A stretch of DNA of 64,000 nucleotides, from the NCBI GenBank assembly GCA_033763775.1, contig JANRJW010000005.1, forward strand, positions 9,230 through 73,229, given 5' to 3'. Shown piece by piece: positions 21,910-31,458 of the stretch (positions are counted from its first letter, which is position 1; every line of letters begins with the position of its first letter). The position numbers and the translations under genes are program-made. Source of the stretch: Alphaproteobacteria bacterium (GTDB lineage: Bacteria > Pseudomonadota > Alphaproteobacteria > Rickettsiales > SXRF01). The notes beneath the pieces are model-generated. The model saw nothing but the letters and a program-made list of their open reading frames with translations, had not been told where the DNA came from and did not search any database.

Positions 21910-22497
21910 CTAAACTTCCACACCCTGCCAGCGTTTCACCAGCCCGGCCTCGATATCAAACATATCCAGCATGCGCCCGACCGTATGCCTTATCATCGCC
22001 TCAATGCTGGTGGGTTTGCTGTAAAAAGCGGGCACAGGCGGCGCGATAATCACCCCCATGTCCGAGAGGGTGAGCATGTTGCGCAGGTGAATGGAATGAA
22101 GCGGTGTTTCCCGCACCATCAGCACCAGCCGGCGGCGCTCCTTGAGGATGACATCCGCCGCGCGCGTGATCAGGTTGGTGGAGTTGCCGGTGGCGATTTC
22201 AGCCAGCGAGCGCATGGAGCAGGGCGCGACAATCATACCGTCTGTTTTAAATGATCCGCTGGCGATACTGGCGGATAAATCACTCACGGAGTAATAGTAA
22301 TCCGCCAGCGCATGCACCTGCGGCAGCGTGTAATCCGTCTCATGCGCGATGGTGATTTGCGATGTTTTGCTGATGACCAGATGCGTCTCGACACCCGCCG
22401 CCTTCAGACTCTTCAGCAGCTCAATGCCATAAATCGCGCCGGAGGCACCGCTGATGGCAACAATGATTTTTTTTTGTGTTTGTTGACTCATGGACAT
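21910..22497 (-). CDS. ubiX: Flavin prenyltransferase UbiX
   Basis: [36 protein letters not shown] and [16 protein letters not shown] are UbiX/Pad1 motifs. Confidence 0.88.
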   Translation of the reverse strand: MSMSQQTQKKIIVAISGASGAIYGIELLKSLKAAGVETHLVISKTSQITIAHETDYTLPQVHALADYYYSVSDLSASIASGSFKTDGMIVAPCSMRSLAEIATGNSTNLITRAADVILKERRRLVLMVRETPLHSIHLRNMLTLSDMGVIIAPPVPAFYSKPTSIEAMIRHTVGRMLDMFDIEAGLVKRWQGVEV

Positions 22498-22542
22498 AGA
22501 TAAAACGAACCATATGATTATATTAATTCTGTGTGGGCAGGA

Positions 22543-22575
22543 AAATAAAAAGGCGACGCCGTATGCGCCGCCTTT
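22543..22575 (-). terminator. Rho-independent terminator after the Gly-rich secreted protein gene
   Basis: On the minus strand, AAGGCGGCGC-ATACG-GCGTCGCCTT is followed by TTTTTATTTT. Confidence 0.7.
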
Positions 22576-22598
22576 GTATTGTTCATCAGAGTGACGAA

Positions 22599-23540
22599 TT
22601 AGATATCAGAATCACCACCGGCGCCGCCGCAGCGACCGCGAAGTTCTGCGCTTGCCCAGCCATTCTGCAGGTAAGAGTTCATGCAGGCAATGCTTTCATC
22701 ATTCGCATTTAGACCACCCTGACCTGCACCGCCACCTGCGGCTGGAGAGAGGGCGCCGAGCTGTTCAGGCGTGAGCTGACCACCAGCCGGAGCGAGCGCT
22801 GCTAGCTGATCAGGCGAAGCGCCGCCGGTTGCACCAGCAAAGAAAAGATCCTGAGTGGGAGGAGTGATACCACCAACTGGGCCGATGACCGAGCTTTGCA
22901 GCACTTCAATCAGGTTGATATCAGGTGTGGTGCCTGTGCCGGCCGGAGGAGTGCCACCACCATTATTGCCGCCGCCACCCGGTGGTGTAATTGAAACGCA
23001 GCCGCCGGAAGAGGAAACGCCGGATGAACTGTTCAGTACACCGCAATTAATGGCAGCATCGCCCCTGTTATTCGGGCGAATTTGCGCGGTGTTCTGGTCA
23101 CCTTGCTGGCCACCATCCTGCTCTGGCAGTGTCGCTCCATTGGATCCTCCAGAATTAGATCCGCCAGACGAGCCTGGGTTGGAAACAATCGCCGGAGTAT
23201 CCGGAAAGACAGTAATGCCGTCGCCACCACCACCGGTGCCGCCATTGTCAATTTCCGGCATGGTGACAGTTGGTTGTGGAGTGGGTGCGGGCGGTGGGGA
23301 TGGAGGAAGAGGAATATTGCCACCAATAATGATGTCGTTTGAGCCATTGACAATGTTCAGCAGGTTGCCCGTGGGAGCGCCTTCCAACAGAGGGAAATTG
23401 ACACTATCAATAACCGGGTTAATTTGCTGAGAACCTAAATCTATGCCCTCGAGGCTGTTCGCGGCAGCGCCGAACGGCGCAGCAATCACGGTGATGGATA
23501 AAATTATCGATTTAAAACAATTGCTTGCTGGCTTTTTCAT
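22599..23540 (-). CDS. Secreted Gly/Pro-rich protein, putative atypical cargo of the adjacent TpsB
   Basis: Start is set at [29 protein letters not shown] (signal peptide; SD AGGAAA). The ORF's upstream Met lies inside the predicted promoter. The sequence has long G/P/S/T low-complexity tracts and four Cys in two pairs. Confidence 0.6.
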   Translation of the reverse strand: MKKPASNCFKSIILSITVIAAPFGAAANSLEGIDLGSQQINPVIDSVNFPLLEGAPTGNLLNIVNGSNDIIIGGNIPLPPSPPPAPTPQPTVTMPEIDNGGTGGGGDGITVFPDTPAIVSNPGSSGGSNSGGSNGATLPEQDGGQQGDQNTAQIRPNNRGDAAINCGVLNSSSGVSSSGGCVSITPPGGGGNNGGGTPPAGTGTTPDINLIEVLQSSVIGPVGGITPPTQDLFFAGATGGASPDQLAALAPAGGQLTPEQLGALSPAAGGGAGQGGLNANDESIACMNSYLQNGWASAELRGRCGGAGGDSDI

Positions 23541-23586
23541 GGGATTTCCTGAAATACGCTGTGAAACTCTCTGGTAATACTTTATT

Positions 23587-23615
23587 AATATATACGACTT
23601 GGTGTCAGGGGTCAA
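23587..23615 (-). promoter_or_regulatory. Sigma-70-type promoter for the Gly-rich protein gene
   Basis: On the minus strand, TTGACC-N17-TATATT lies about 45 nt upstream of the ATG at 23540, in an AT-rich 141-bp spacer. Confidence 0.45.
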
Positions 23616-23681
23616 TCAAATTGTATCTATTTATTTACTAAATATTAACAATTGATTTTGCTCTGATACTATTTGAAGGAT

Positions 23682-25358
23682 TTAGAAGCGAGTTGTTGCT
23701 CCCAGAAACACGCGTGGACTGTCACCGTGATTCCCTTCATTGCTGACGTTCTTCGTCAGCGGCTGTGCAATCTCGATATTAGTTGATACTTGCTGATAGA
23801 TCTGCGCACGAACGCCAAGTCCTACCGAAGATAGGCTGTCATCCGTTGAGTTGTTGCCACGCGTCCAGACGCGGCCTGCATCAAGAAAGCTGTAGACCTG
23901 ATAGCTTGGCATAACAGGTAGTGTGGTGGCACGGTTGTAGCGAAGCTCAACCTTACCGCCAAGCCCGTGGTCGCCAGCGATTTCAGCGGGGTTATAGCCA
24001 CGACCGAAGCCATAGCCACCAAAGCTGATCTGCTCAGCACCCAGCAGTCGATCTGATGCGAACTGGCCTGTAGCGCTGGTCAGCAGGCTTAGCCCGGCGA
24101 CGGGCAAGTAATGCGTACGAGACACGTCGATATTAATTTTTGAAAAATCACCATCAGCACCGCTGCGCGAAGTATCATCGCGCTGCTCAGAGGCGCCCAG
24201 AGCCTTAATGCCTTGTGACAGCTCAACATCAATAATATTAGCGCCGTTCAGCCCGTCGGAAAATTCATAATTCAGACCGCCGCGAAGGGTTCTGATATTG
24301 TCCTTGCTGGTGACAACACCGGCAGTTTTGACATCAGTATTGCGTGCATCAACAGCGCCGCGCACGCTAAGAGTTTTCAGGCGCTCACGGAGCAGCGGGT
24401 GCGTGTAACCCAGCTGTGTGTAGTTAGAATTCGCGGTAATATTCGAAGCGCTGAGGGTTGATTTCGGCTCTGTCTTCGAGAGAGAGCCTGTGGCGGTCAC
24501 TTTGCCACCCTCGGATCCAACCGGCATCTGGTGGTAAATATCGAAGAAACGCAGCTCGGTGGTTGGGCTGGTGGTGACAAAACGCGCTGTTGTACGATCA
24601 CTGCGGTCAAACAGAGAATTAGCCGATGCGGCAAAGCTATGTTGAACCGGGCCGATCAGCTTGCTGCCGCGATTATCTACATTATAGCTGCCATCAAATC
24701 GGCGCTCGCTGAGTGATACCACCAGCTGCGCCGTTCCATCAAGGTTAGCGGAAGGAGTTACTGCGCCGCTGGCACGTACGCCTGGCAAATCATTTAAAAG
24801 CAGCAGAAAGCGCTCAATGTCCGTATTACGCACCGGCCGGGTTGCTGTCAGTTTGTTGGCATAAGCCAGAATAGTAGCGTTCTGTGGTTGGCCGCTGGCA
24901 AAGCGAACCTGGCTGATGGCGCCTTCATTAATCACAATATCCAGCGAGCTGCGATTTGCGGCGGGTTTCAACGCAGCCTGCGCCAGAACAAAGCCTTCAG
25001 CGCGATAAGCGGAAACAATAGCACGCTGAATTTTCTGTGCTGCAGCGCGATCAAGTCGCTTGCCGATGAATGGTTGGTAAGCTTTTTCGAGTGATGAAGT
25101 CGCGATGGCGTGGTTGCCCTTAAGTGTCACATTACGCAGCACAAAACCGAAGCGCTGGGTCACATCAGCGGCAGGTGCCGCTGCTTCTACGGCTGGAAGT
25201 GGCGCGGGTTGTCCGGGGAGTGGGGCTGCTGTTTCACGATCAAATCGACGCTCCACCTGCGCTGGGTCGACTGAAACCGGCTGAGCAAAAGAAGCCGCAG
25301 GCAATAATGATGCGCCGGCGGCGAGAGCAAATAAAAAAACACGGTTTGATACGGACAT
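23682..25358 (-). CDS. ShlB/FhaC/HecB-family outer-membrane transporter (TpsB of two-partner secretion)
   Basis: Signal peptide (ASFAQP), POTRA-like segment (RFGFVLRNVTLKGNHAI...VINEGAISQVRF), conserved L6-like motif FGGYGFGRGYNPAEIAGDHG, and a beta-barrel with C-terminal ...TTRF. Confidence 0.8.
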   Translation of the reverse strand: MSVSNRVFLFALAAGASLLPAASFAQPVSVDPAQVERRFDRETAAPLPGQPAPLPAVEAAAPAADVTQRFGFVLRNVTLKGNHAIATSSLEKAYQPFIGKRLDRAAAQKIQRAIVSAYRAEGFVLAQAALKPAANRSSLDIVINEGAISQVRFASGQPQNATILAYANKLTATRPVRNTDIERFLLLLNDLPGVRASGAVTPSANLDGTAQLVVSLSERRFDGSYNVDNRGSKLIGPVQHSFAASANSLFDRSDRTTARFVTTSPTTELRFFDIYHQMPVGSEGGKVTATGSLSKTEPKSTLSASNITANSNYTQLGYTHPLLRERLKTLSVRGAVDARNTDVKTAGVVTSKDNIRTLRGGLNYEFSDGLNGANIIDVELSQGIKALGASEQRDDTSRSGADGDFSKINIDVSRTHYLPVAGLSLLTSATGQFASDRLLGAEQISFGGYGFGRGYNPAEIAGDHGLGGKVELRYNRATTLPVMPSYQVYSFLDAGRVWTRGNNSTDDSLSSVGLGVRAQIYQQVSTNIEIAQPLTKNVSNEGNHGDSPRVFLGATTRF

Positions 25359-25425
25359 GACTCACCTTTGATTATGTTTGGTCAGGATTACTGCGCTGTT
25401 CGCGCGAGTAAGTCAAGCTGATATA

Positions 25426-26499
25426 TCAGGCGGAGATGATTTTCGCGGCACCTGTTGCAAAATAACTTAGTATTACACGTGCGCCGGCACGTTTGATGGC
25501 GATTAAGCTTTCGATCATCGCGGCATCCTCACTCAGCCAGCCTTTTTCTGCAGCAGCCTTGATCATCGAATATTCCCCACTCACCTGATAGGCGAGCACG
25601 GGTAGCGGGCAAGCTTGAGACACTCTATATATAATGTCAAGATAGGTGCCTGCTGGCTTCACCATCACCATATCTGCGCCTTCCGCGACATCTAGTGCGA
25701 CTTCGCGCAGCGCTTCATCACGATTTCTAAAATCCATCTGGTAGGTTGCCTTTAAAGATGCCCCCGCGAAAGCCTGCTGGCTTTCGCATGGGGCGCCGCT
25801 TCGCGGGCTCATGGCTGTCGCGGCTTCTGCCGCGCGCAAGGCTGCGCTTGAGCCCACCGCATCGCGAAATGGTCCATAAAAATTGGAGGCGTATTTTGCG
25901 GCGTAAGAGAGAATGACGGTGTCCTGAAAGCCTTCAGCCTCAAGCGCCCGGCGGATGGCGCCGATACGACCATCCATCATATCGCTGGGGGCGACGATAT
26001 CGCAGCCCGCACGCGCCTGATTGATCGCCTGCTGGCAGAGAATCTCCACCGTTTCGTCATTGAGAATAATGCCGTTTTTCACCAGCCCGTCCTGCCCATG
26101 CGAGGTGTAGGGATCCAGCGCCACATCGGTGATGATGCCCAGCTGCGGCACGGCATGTTTAAGCGTTTTAATCGCGCGGCAAACGAGATTATCGGGGCTT
26201 AGCGCTTCATCCCCACGCTCGGTTTTAAGCTTGGCGTCGATCACCGGAAATAAAGCAACCGCCGGAATGCCGAGCGCTGCGGCTTCTTTTGCCTCCTTCA
26301 CCAGTAAATCAATCGTCAGGCGAAACACGCCGGGCATCGAAGCAATCGGTGTCGCGGTGTTAGTGCCTTCCTGAATAAAGACCGGAAGAATCAAATCGGA
26401 CGGATGCAGCCGAACTTCAGCGGCCATCTCGCGCAGCCACGGCGCGCGGCGAAGCCTGCGCAGGCGTGTGGATGGAAAGGAGAATGAATAATCTGACAT
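25426..26499 (-). CDS. hemB: Porphobilinogen synthase (delta-aminolevulinate dehydratase) HemB
   Basis: RLRRLR, DVALDPYTSHGQDG, YAAKYASNFYGPFRDA, ATYQMD, GADMVMVKPA and AYQVSGEYSMIK are conserved HemB blocks. Confidence 0.93.
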   Translation of the reverse strand: MSDYSFSFPSTRLRRLRRAPWLREMAAEVRLHPSDLILPVFIQEGTNTATPIASMPGVFRLTIDLLVKEAKEAAALGIPAVALFPVIDAKLKTERGDEALSPDNLVCRAIKTLKHAVPQLGIITDVALDPYTSHGQDGLVKNGIILNDETVEILCQQAINQARAGCDIVAPSDMMDGRIGAIRRALEAEGFQDTVILSYAAKYASNFYGPFRDAVGSSAALRAAEAATAMSPRSGAPCESQQAFAGASLKATYQMDFRNRDEALREVALDVAEGADMVMVKPAGTYLDIIYRVSQACPLPVLAYQVSGEYSMIKAAAEKGWLSEDAAMIESLIAIKRAGARVILSYFATGAAKIISA

Positions 26500-26540
26500 G
26501 ACCGCTTTCTAGCGGCTCACGGGGGTAAGCGCAAGCGCAG

Positions 26541-27617
26541 CTAGTTCAGGCTGGGTGATTTTTCTTTCGCTTCCAGCTTTTCAAACAGCCTGTCATAGGC
26601 CTTGCCATAAAGCTCGGCCTCGGCGGTGTAGAGGCAAAACGCCACGTGGTTGGAATATTCTTTGGTGAGGTTTTTGAGAAAACTATGCTCAAAGGCTTTC
26701 ACATCGCCAACTTTAGCGCGCGAATAGCGCTGAACGGCAAGGTAAGGCGCAAAGCCAGCCAGCACCGAGCCGACGCGGCGGAACACAATGCGTCCCACAC
26801 CGTCATCGGTGAAAAACCCGAATTTTTTCTTCTCACCGTAATGCGCAGGGTCTTTGACTGGTGAATACATCTTATCCACCGGATCTTTGCCGCCGCTGAT
26901 ATTGGCATAAGCACGGTCGTTGGCCTCAAAGAACGCTGAGTAAGCTACGGTGGCAGCAGTCAGATCATGAAGATAACCGGCTTTGGCGGCGGCGAAGTTG
27001 CCATCGAGGGCGGCAGGAGCCAGCCCGCCGGCCGGAGGGTTTAGCCCCAGGCGCACACACGCTAGTATAGGCGCCGCAAGGAAGGTGCTCGAAAATTCAT
27101 GCGGGATGATGTCTTTGGCATCAGGGATGATGTTGGTGGGGATATGCGCCACCGCATCAATCGCCTCGGCTTCGGTTTTGGCATCTTTGAACACGCGGTC
27201 ATAGGCGCGCTGCCAGAATTTGATGAAGGATCGGTACGTCGTAAAACCGGCGACCACGAAGCTGGTGTTTTCAATCGCAAGGCCAAGATAGGGCTTGGCA
27301 AGAATTTCTTTGGCTTTTGGTGCGAGATAGTGCCCCAGCTTGGCTTCTTCTCTCAGCGCTTTGAACAAATAGCGGTTGCCGGTGAAGGCAACGACCGTGG
27401 GCACCCACGCCACCGTGCCCTTGGCGATGTTGCGCCATAAGATACTGCCGGTGGTGCTGTTGAAATGGTCGCGATGTTCAAAAGCAAAATGGCCGAGCTT
27501 CTTCGCCCAGTCCGGCGCGTTTGAGACATCCGGCTGCGCTTTCGGCATATCACTGGCCGCCGCCTGATTCTCAGGCGGTTTTGGTTTGTTTTCAGCGTTA
27601 TTGACAGCCACAACCAT
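26541..27617 (-). CDS. Hypothetical protein (358 aa), several hydrophobic/amphipathic segments
   Basis: Long ORF with native-like codon usage and no shadow explanation. No motif that I recognise. Confidence 0.5.
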   Translation of the reverse strand: MVVAVNNAENKPKPPENQAAASDMPKAQPDVSNAPDWAKKLGHFAFEHRDHFNSTTGSILWRNIAKGTVAWVPTVVAFTGNRYLFKALREEAKLGHYLAPKAKEILAKPYLGLAIENTSFVVAGFTTYRSFIKFWQRAYDRVFKDAKTEAEAIDAVAHIPTNIIPDAKDIIPHEFSSTFLAAPILACVRLGLNPPAGGLAPAALDGNFAAAKAGYLHDLTAATVAYSAFFEANDRAYANISGGKDPVDKMYSPVKDPAHYGEKKKFGFFTDDGVGRIVFRRVGSVLAGFAPYLAVQRYSRAKVGDVKAFEHSFLKNLTKEYSNHVAFCLYTAEAELYGKAYDRLFEKLEAKEKSPSLN

Positions 27618-27739
27618 CGTCTAAACACGACTCCTCATTTTCAAATCTAGCATGAAAATAGGCAAAATCATGTGACGATTTGGTGACAATTCAGCCACTT
27701 AAAAAAGCGCTGTAAACTTATGATGTTACTGCTATATCC

Positions 27740-28747
27740 ATGCCCATGACCTCCATGACACGCATTCTTTCCGGCGTTCAGCCGACCGGCAACCTCCATC
27801 TGGGCAACTATCTGGGCGCCATCCGCCACTGGGTAAAGCTTCAGGAATCCGCCGAATGTTATCTGTTTCTCGCGGACATGCACGCCATCACCGTGTTTCA
27901 GGATCCCTCTAAGCTGCGCGCCAGTGTACGCGAAACCGCCGCGGCCTACATCGCCTGCGGTATCGATCCTGAAAAAAGCGCGATCTTCCCACAATCCTGC
28001 GTAAGTAGCCATGCCGAGCTCGCATGGATTTTAAACTGCCACACGCCTCTGGGCTGGCTGAACCGCATGACGCAGTTCAAGGAAAAAGCAGGCAAGCACC
28101 GCGAAGAAGCGGTGCTGGGGCTGTATGGCTATCCGGTGCTGATGGCGGCGGATATTCTGCTTTACAAGCCGAGCCACGTGCCGGTGGGTGAGGATCAGAA
28201 GCAGCATCTCGAACTATGCCGCGATATTGCGGGCGCGTTTAACCGCGCTTATGGCGCGGAATTATTCCCGCTGCCTGAGCCCGCCATCATGGGCGAGGCG
28301 ACGCGTGTGATGAGCCTTCGTGACGGTTTGAAAAAAATGAGCAAGTCCGATGAGTCCGACTATTCGCGCATCAACCTGACGGATGATGCCGACGCGATCG
28401 CGCTGAAGTTCCGCAAAGCCAAATCCGATATGGTAGAGGGTATGAGCTATGATGAGGCGGCGAGGCCGGAAGCCTCGAACCTTATCAATATTTACGCGGC
28501 GCTGAAAGCCATCAGCCGCGAGCAGGCGCTTGCCATCGTCGCCAGTATGAATTTTTCAGCTTTCAAAAAAGAGCTGACGGATGTGGCCGTTGCCCATCTC
28601 TCGCCGATCACCGCAAAAATGAGAGAGCTGATGGCCGATCAGGCCTATCTTGATGCGATTCTGACCAAAGGAACTGAGCGCGCACGCGCACGTGCCAATG
28701 CCACTATGAAAGAGGTCAAAGATTTGGTAGGATTCGTTTCACTTTAG
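27740..28747 (+). CDS. trpS: Tryptophan--tRNA ligase
   Basis: Class I signatures [13 protein letters not shown] (HIGH-like) and KMSKS. About 335 aa. Confidence 0.93.
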   Translation: MPMTSMTRILSGVQPTGNLHLGNYLGAIRHWVKLQESAECYLFLADMHAITVFQDPSKLRASVRETAAAYIACGIDPEKSAIFPQSCVSSHAELAWILNCHTPLGWLNRMTQFKEKAGKHREEAVLGLYGYPVLMAADILLYKPSHVPVGEDQKQHLELCRDIAGAFNRAYGAELFPLPEPAIMGEATRVMSLRDGLKKMSKSDESDYSRINLTDDADAIALKFRKAKSDMVEGMSYDEAARPEASNLINIYAALKAISREQALAIVASMNFSAFKKELTDVAVAHLSPITAKMRELMADQAYLDAILTKGTERARARANATMKEVKDLVGFVSL

Positions 28748-28764
28748 AACTTCACACACCTTTC

Positions 28765-30213
28765 ATGCAGCCGGCGCCCAATATTCCGTTTATCACTGTC
28801 ATCAAAACCATGCTGGTGCTCACCAGCCCGGCGCTGGTGGTGCTTGCGGCGCTGGTGCTGCTGGGGGATATGACGCTGCATCATTTCGGCTATGCGTATG
28901 GCGGCATTGCGCTGGTGTCGCTGCTGCTTGCGCTGCCGTTTCTTTCCAATATCTCGGCGCTCACGCGCTATGTGAATGATCTGGCGCAGGACAAGCGCGT
29001 GCGAGCGCCAGATCTCAGCGTGCTGTCGAATGTCGGCGAGCTTTCCGGCGCGCTCACCCGCCTACAGCGCTCATGGGAAAACAAGCGCCAGGAGATGGAA
29101 ACCATCATCACCGAGCGCGAAATTCTGGTGGATACGCTGCCGGATATTCTGATCATGACGAATGATGATAAGCTGATCGTGCGCACCAACCGCGCCGCAC
29201 GCAACATCTTCGGCCAGAATCTCGCTCATCGCCACTTGCGTGATATTATTCCCAATGAAAAGCTGCTTTCTGCCATCACGGCGGTGATTGAAGATTTGAA
29301 CGGGCAGGCGGTGGAGTTTCATCTCGAAGAGCCGATCTCGCGCGATTTTCAGGCGGTGATTGAGCGCTTCCCGATTCCCTCCGAGGGCGGTATTTCCATC
29401 GTCATCACCATGACCGACATCACCTCCCAGAAGCGCATCCAGCACATGCGTGCGGATTTTGTGGCCAATGCCAGCCATGAAATTCGCACGCCGCTTGCCT
29501 CCATTATCGGGTTTATCGAAACGCTGCGCGGCCCCGCAAAAGATGATCCGGTGGCGCGCGAGGAATTTCTTAAAGTGATGGCCGATCAGGCTGAGCGTAT
29601 GTCGAAGCTGGTGGCGGATTTGCTGTCGCTGTCGAAAATTGAAATGAACGCGGCGAGCAAGCCGCAATCGAAGGTGGATTTACTACGCATTATCCGTGCG
29701 GAAAAGCAGCATTTCGAGTGGGCGTGCAAACAGAAAAATGTGAGCATCCGCTTAAAGCTCACCGATTCACTGCCTGCCACCAAAGGCGAGGATGAAGAGC
29801 TGGCGCAGGTGGTGCGCAACCTGCTGGGCAACGCCATTAAATACACGAACCCTGATTCCGAGATTGTGGTGACCGCTAGGATCAGCAACGACATTCCCAA
29901 AGACCCGAGCCTCAGGAACTTAACCCGCGCCATTTGTTTCTCGGTCGAAGATCAGGGTGAGGGCATCCCCAAAGAACATATCCCGCGCCTCACCGAGCGT
30001 TTCTACCGTGTGGACTCCGCTCGCACGCGCAAAGTTGGCGGCACTGGCCTCGGACTTGCGATTGTGAAGCACATCCTAAACCGCCACCGCGGCGTGCTGA
30101 CCATTGAAAGTGAAGTCGGGCAGGGCAGCATCTTCAGCGTCTACCTTCCGGTGTATGAGGATGCGCTTGAGCTCGAACAAAAACAGAAAGATTACTTGGC
30201 GGAAAAAGTTTAG
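28765..30213 (+). CDS. phoR: Phosphate-regulon sensor histidine kinase PhoR-like
   Basis: Two N-terminal TM helices, a PAS-like region, an H-box FVANASHEIRTPL, and N/G boxes (NLLGNAIKY, DQGEGI, GGTGLGLAI). It lies directly upstream of pstCAB. Confidence 0.8.
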   Translation: MQPAPNIPFITVIKTMLVLTSPALVVLAALVLLGDMTLHHFGYAYGGIALVSLLLALPFLSNISALTRYVNDLAQDKRVRAPDLSVLSNVGELSGALTRLQRSWENKRQEMETIITEREILVDTLPDILIMTNDDKLIVRTNRAARNIFGQNLAHRHLRDIIPNEKLLSAITAVIEDLNGQAVEFHLEEPISRDFQAVIERFPIPSEGGISIVITMTDITSQKRIQHMRADFVANASHEIRTPLASIIGFIETLRGPAKDDPVAREEFLKVMADQAERMSKLVADLLSLSKIEMNAASKPQSKVDLLRIIRAEKQHFEWACKQKNVSIRLKLTDSLPATKGEDEELAQVVRNLLGNAIKYTNPDSEIVVTARISNDIPKDPSLRNLTRAICFSVEDQGEGIPKEHIPRLTERFYRVDSARTRKVGGTGLGLAIVKHILNRHRGVLTIESEVGQGSIFSVYLPVYEDALELEQKQKDYLAEKV

Positions 30214-30504
30214 AGCCAACCATCGCCTTTGGGGTGGCTGGGTCTGCAAGCGCGCCTTGCGAATGCGCGCTTGCCGCCACGTAGTGAGCGTCATCGTTTT
30301 TTAATCGATGACTATCGATTAGACCTCCTGCATAACTCTACTTTGACTTCAAATCTGCTTTCGATAGAGTCTCCCTCGAAAACGTCATGTGCCTGCTTGT
30401 ACACTCGTTTTCTCGTACTCTATCGCTTCGCGCTTTTTCGCCAAAGCGAGTTCTGCAGGAGGTCTATTGAAAAGCAGTTGAGTTTAGGCTAGTGTCGCGC
30501 CCGC

Positions 30505-31458
30505 ATGACGGCACGCTCGCTCAGAACACAAACAGTCAGCCCGCACACGCAATATACCCGTATGGGGGTATATGCGCTCCTTTGGCTGGCTTCTGCCGCT
30601 TCGATACTCATCACGCTTGCCATTGTGTTTTCGGTGCTGTTTGAAGCGCTGCGGTTTTTTGCGCAGGTGCCACTGTTTGATTTTTTAACCGGGCTTCAGT
30701 GGAGCCCGCAGATGGCGATTCGCGATGATCAGGCGGGCTCCAGCGGCGCGTTCGGCGCGGTGCCGCTTTTTCTGGGCACATTGCTGATTACGCTGATCGC
30801 GATGATGATTGCGATTCCCGTGGGGCTTTTTTCCGCCATTTATCTTGCGGAATATGCCGGGCAGAAAACACGCACCAGCCTGAAACCCGCGCTTGAAATA
30901 CTCGCCGGCATTCCCACGGTGGTGTATGGTTATTTTGCTATCATACTGATAGCACCGCTGCTGCGCGGCCTTGGCCAGAGCATCGGGCTTGATATTTCAA
31001 CCGAAAGCGCGCTCACCGGCGGCATCGTCATGGGCATCATGATCATTCCGTTTGTTTCTTCGCTGTCCGACGACATTATCACCGCGGTGCCGCGCAGCCT
31101 TCGCGATGGTTCCTATGCGCTGGGCGCTACCAAATCCGAAACGATTCGCCGCGTGGTACTGCCGGCGGCGCTGCCGGGCATCATGGGCGCGGTGCTGCTT
31201 GCCGTCTCGCGCGCGGTGGGCGAAACCATGATTGTGGTGATGGCTGCCGGCATGGCCGCCAACCTCACCTTCAACCCGCTCGAATCAGTCACCACCGTCA
31301 CGGTGCAGATCGTGAAGCTCCTTGTGGGCGACCAGGAATTTAACAGCCCGAAAACCTTGGCGGCGTTTGCCCTCGGCCTCACGCTGCTGTGCATCACACT
31401 GGTGCTGAATATTATTGCGCTTCGTATCGTCAAAAAATATCGGGAGCAATATGACTAG
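30505..31458 (+). CDS. pstC: Phosphate ABC transporter permease PstC
   Basis: Six-TM permease with the EAA-like loop (ALGATKSETIRRVVLPAALPGI). Confidence 0.88.
   Translation: MTARSLRTQTVSPHTQYTRMGVYALLWLASAASILITLAIVFSVLFEALRFFAQVPLFDFLTGLQWSPQMAIRDDQAGSSGAFGAVPLFLGTLLITLIAMMIAIPVGLFSAIYLAEYAGQKTRTSLKPALEILAGIPTVVYGYFAIILIAPLLRGLGQSIGLDISTESALTGGIVMGIMIIPFVSSLSDDIITAVPRSLRDGSYALGATKSETIRRVVLPAALPGIMGAVLLAVSRAVGETMIVVMAAGMAANLTFNPLESVTTVTVQIVKLLVGDQEFNSPKTLAAFALGLTLLCITLVLNIIALRIVKKYREQYD

Noticed and set aside
30229-30492. 87-aa ORF in the phoR-pstC spacer, and a possible Pho box near 30385-30405
   Set aside because: The ORF is made of hairpin repeats and has no SD. The candidate Pho-box sequence (GTCATGTGCCTGCTTGTACA) matches the CTGTCAT-N4-CTGTCAT consensus only poorly.
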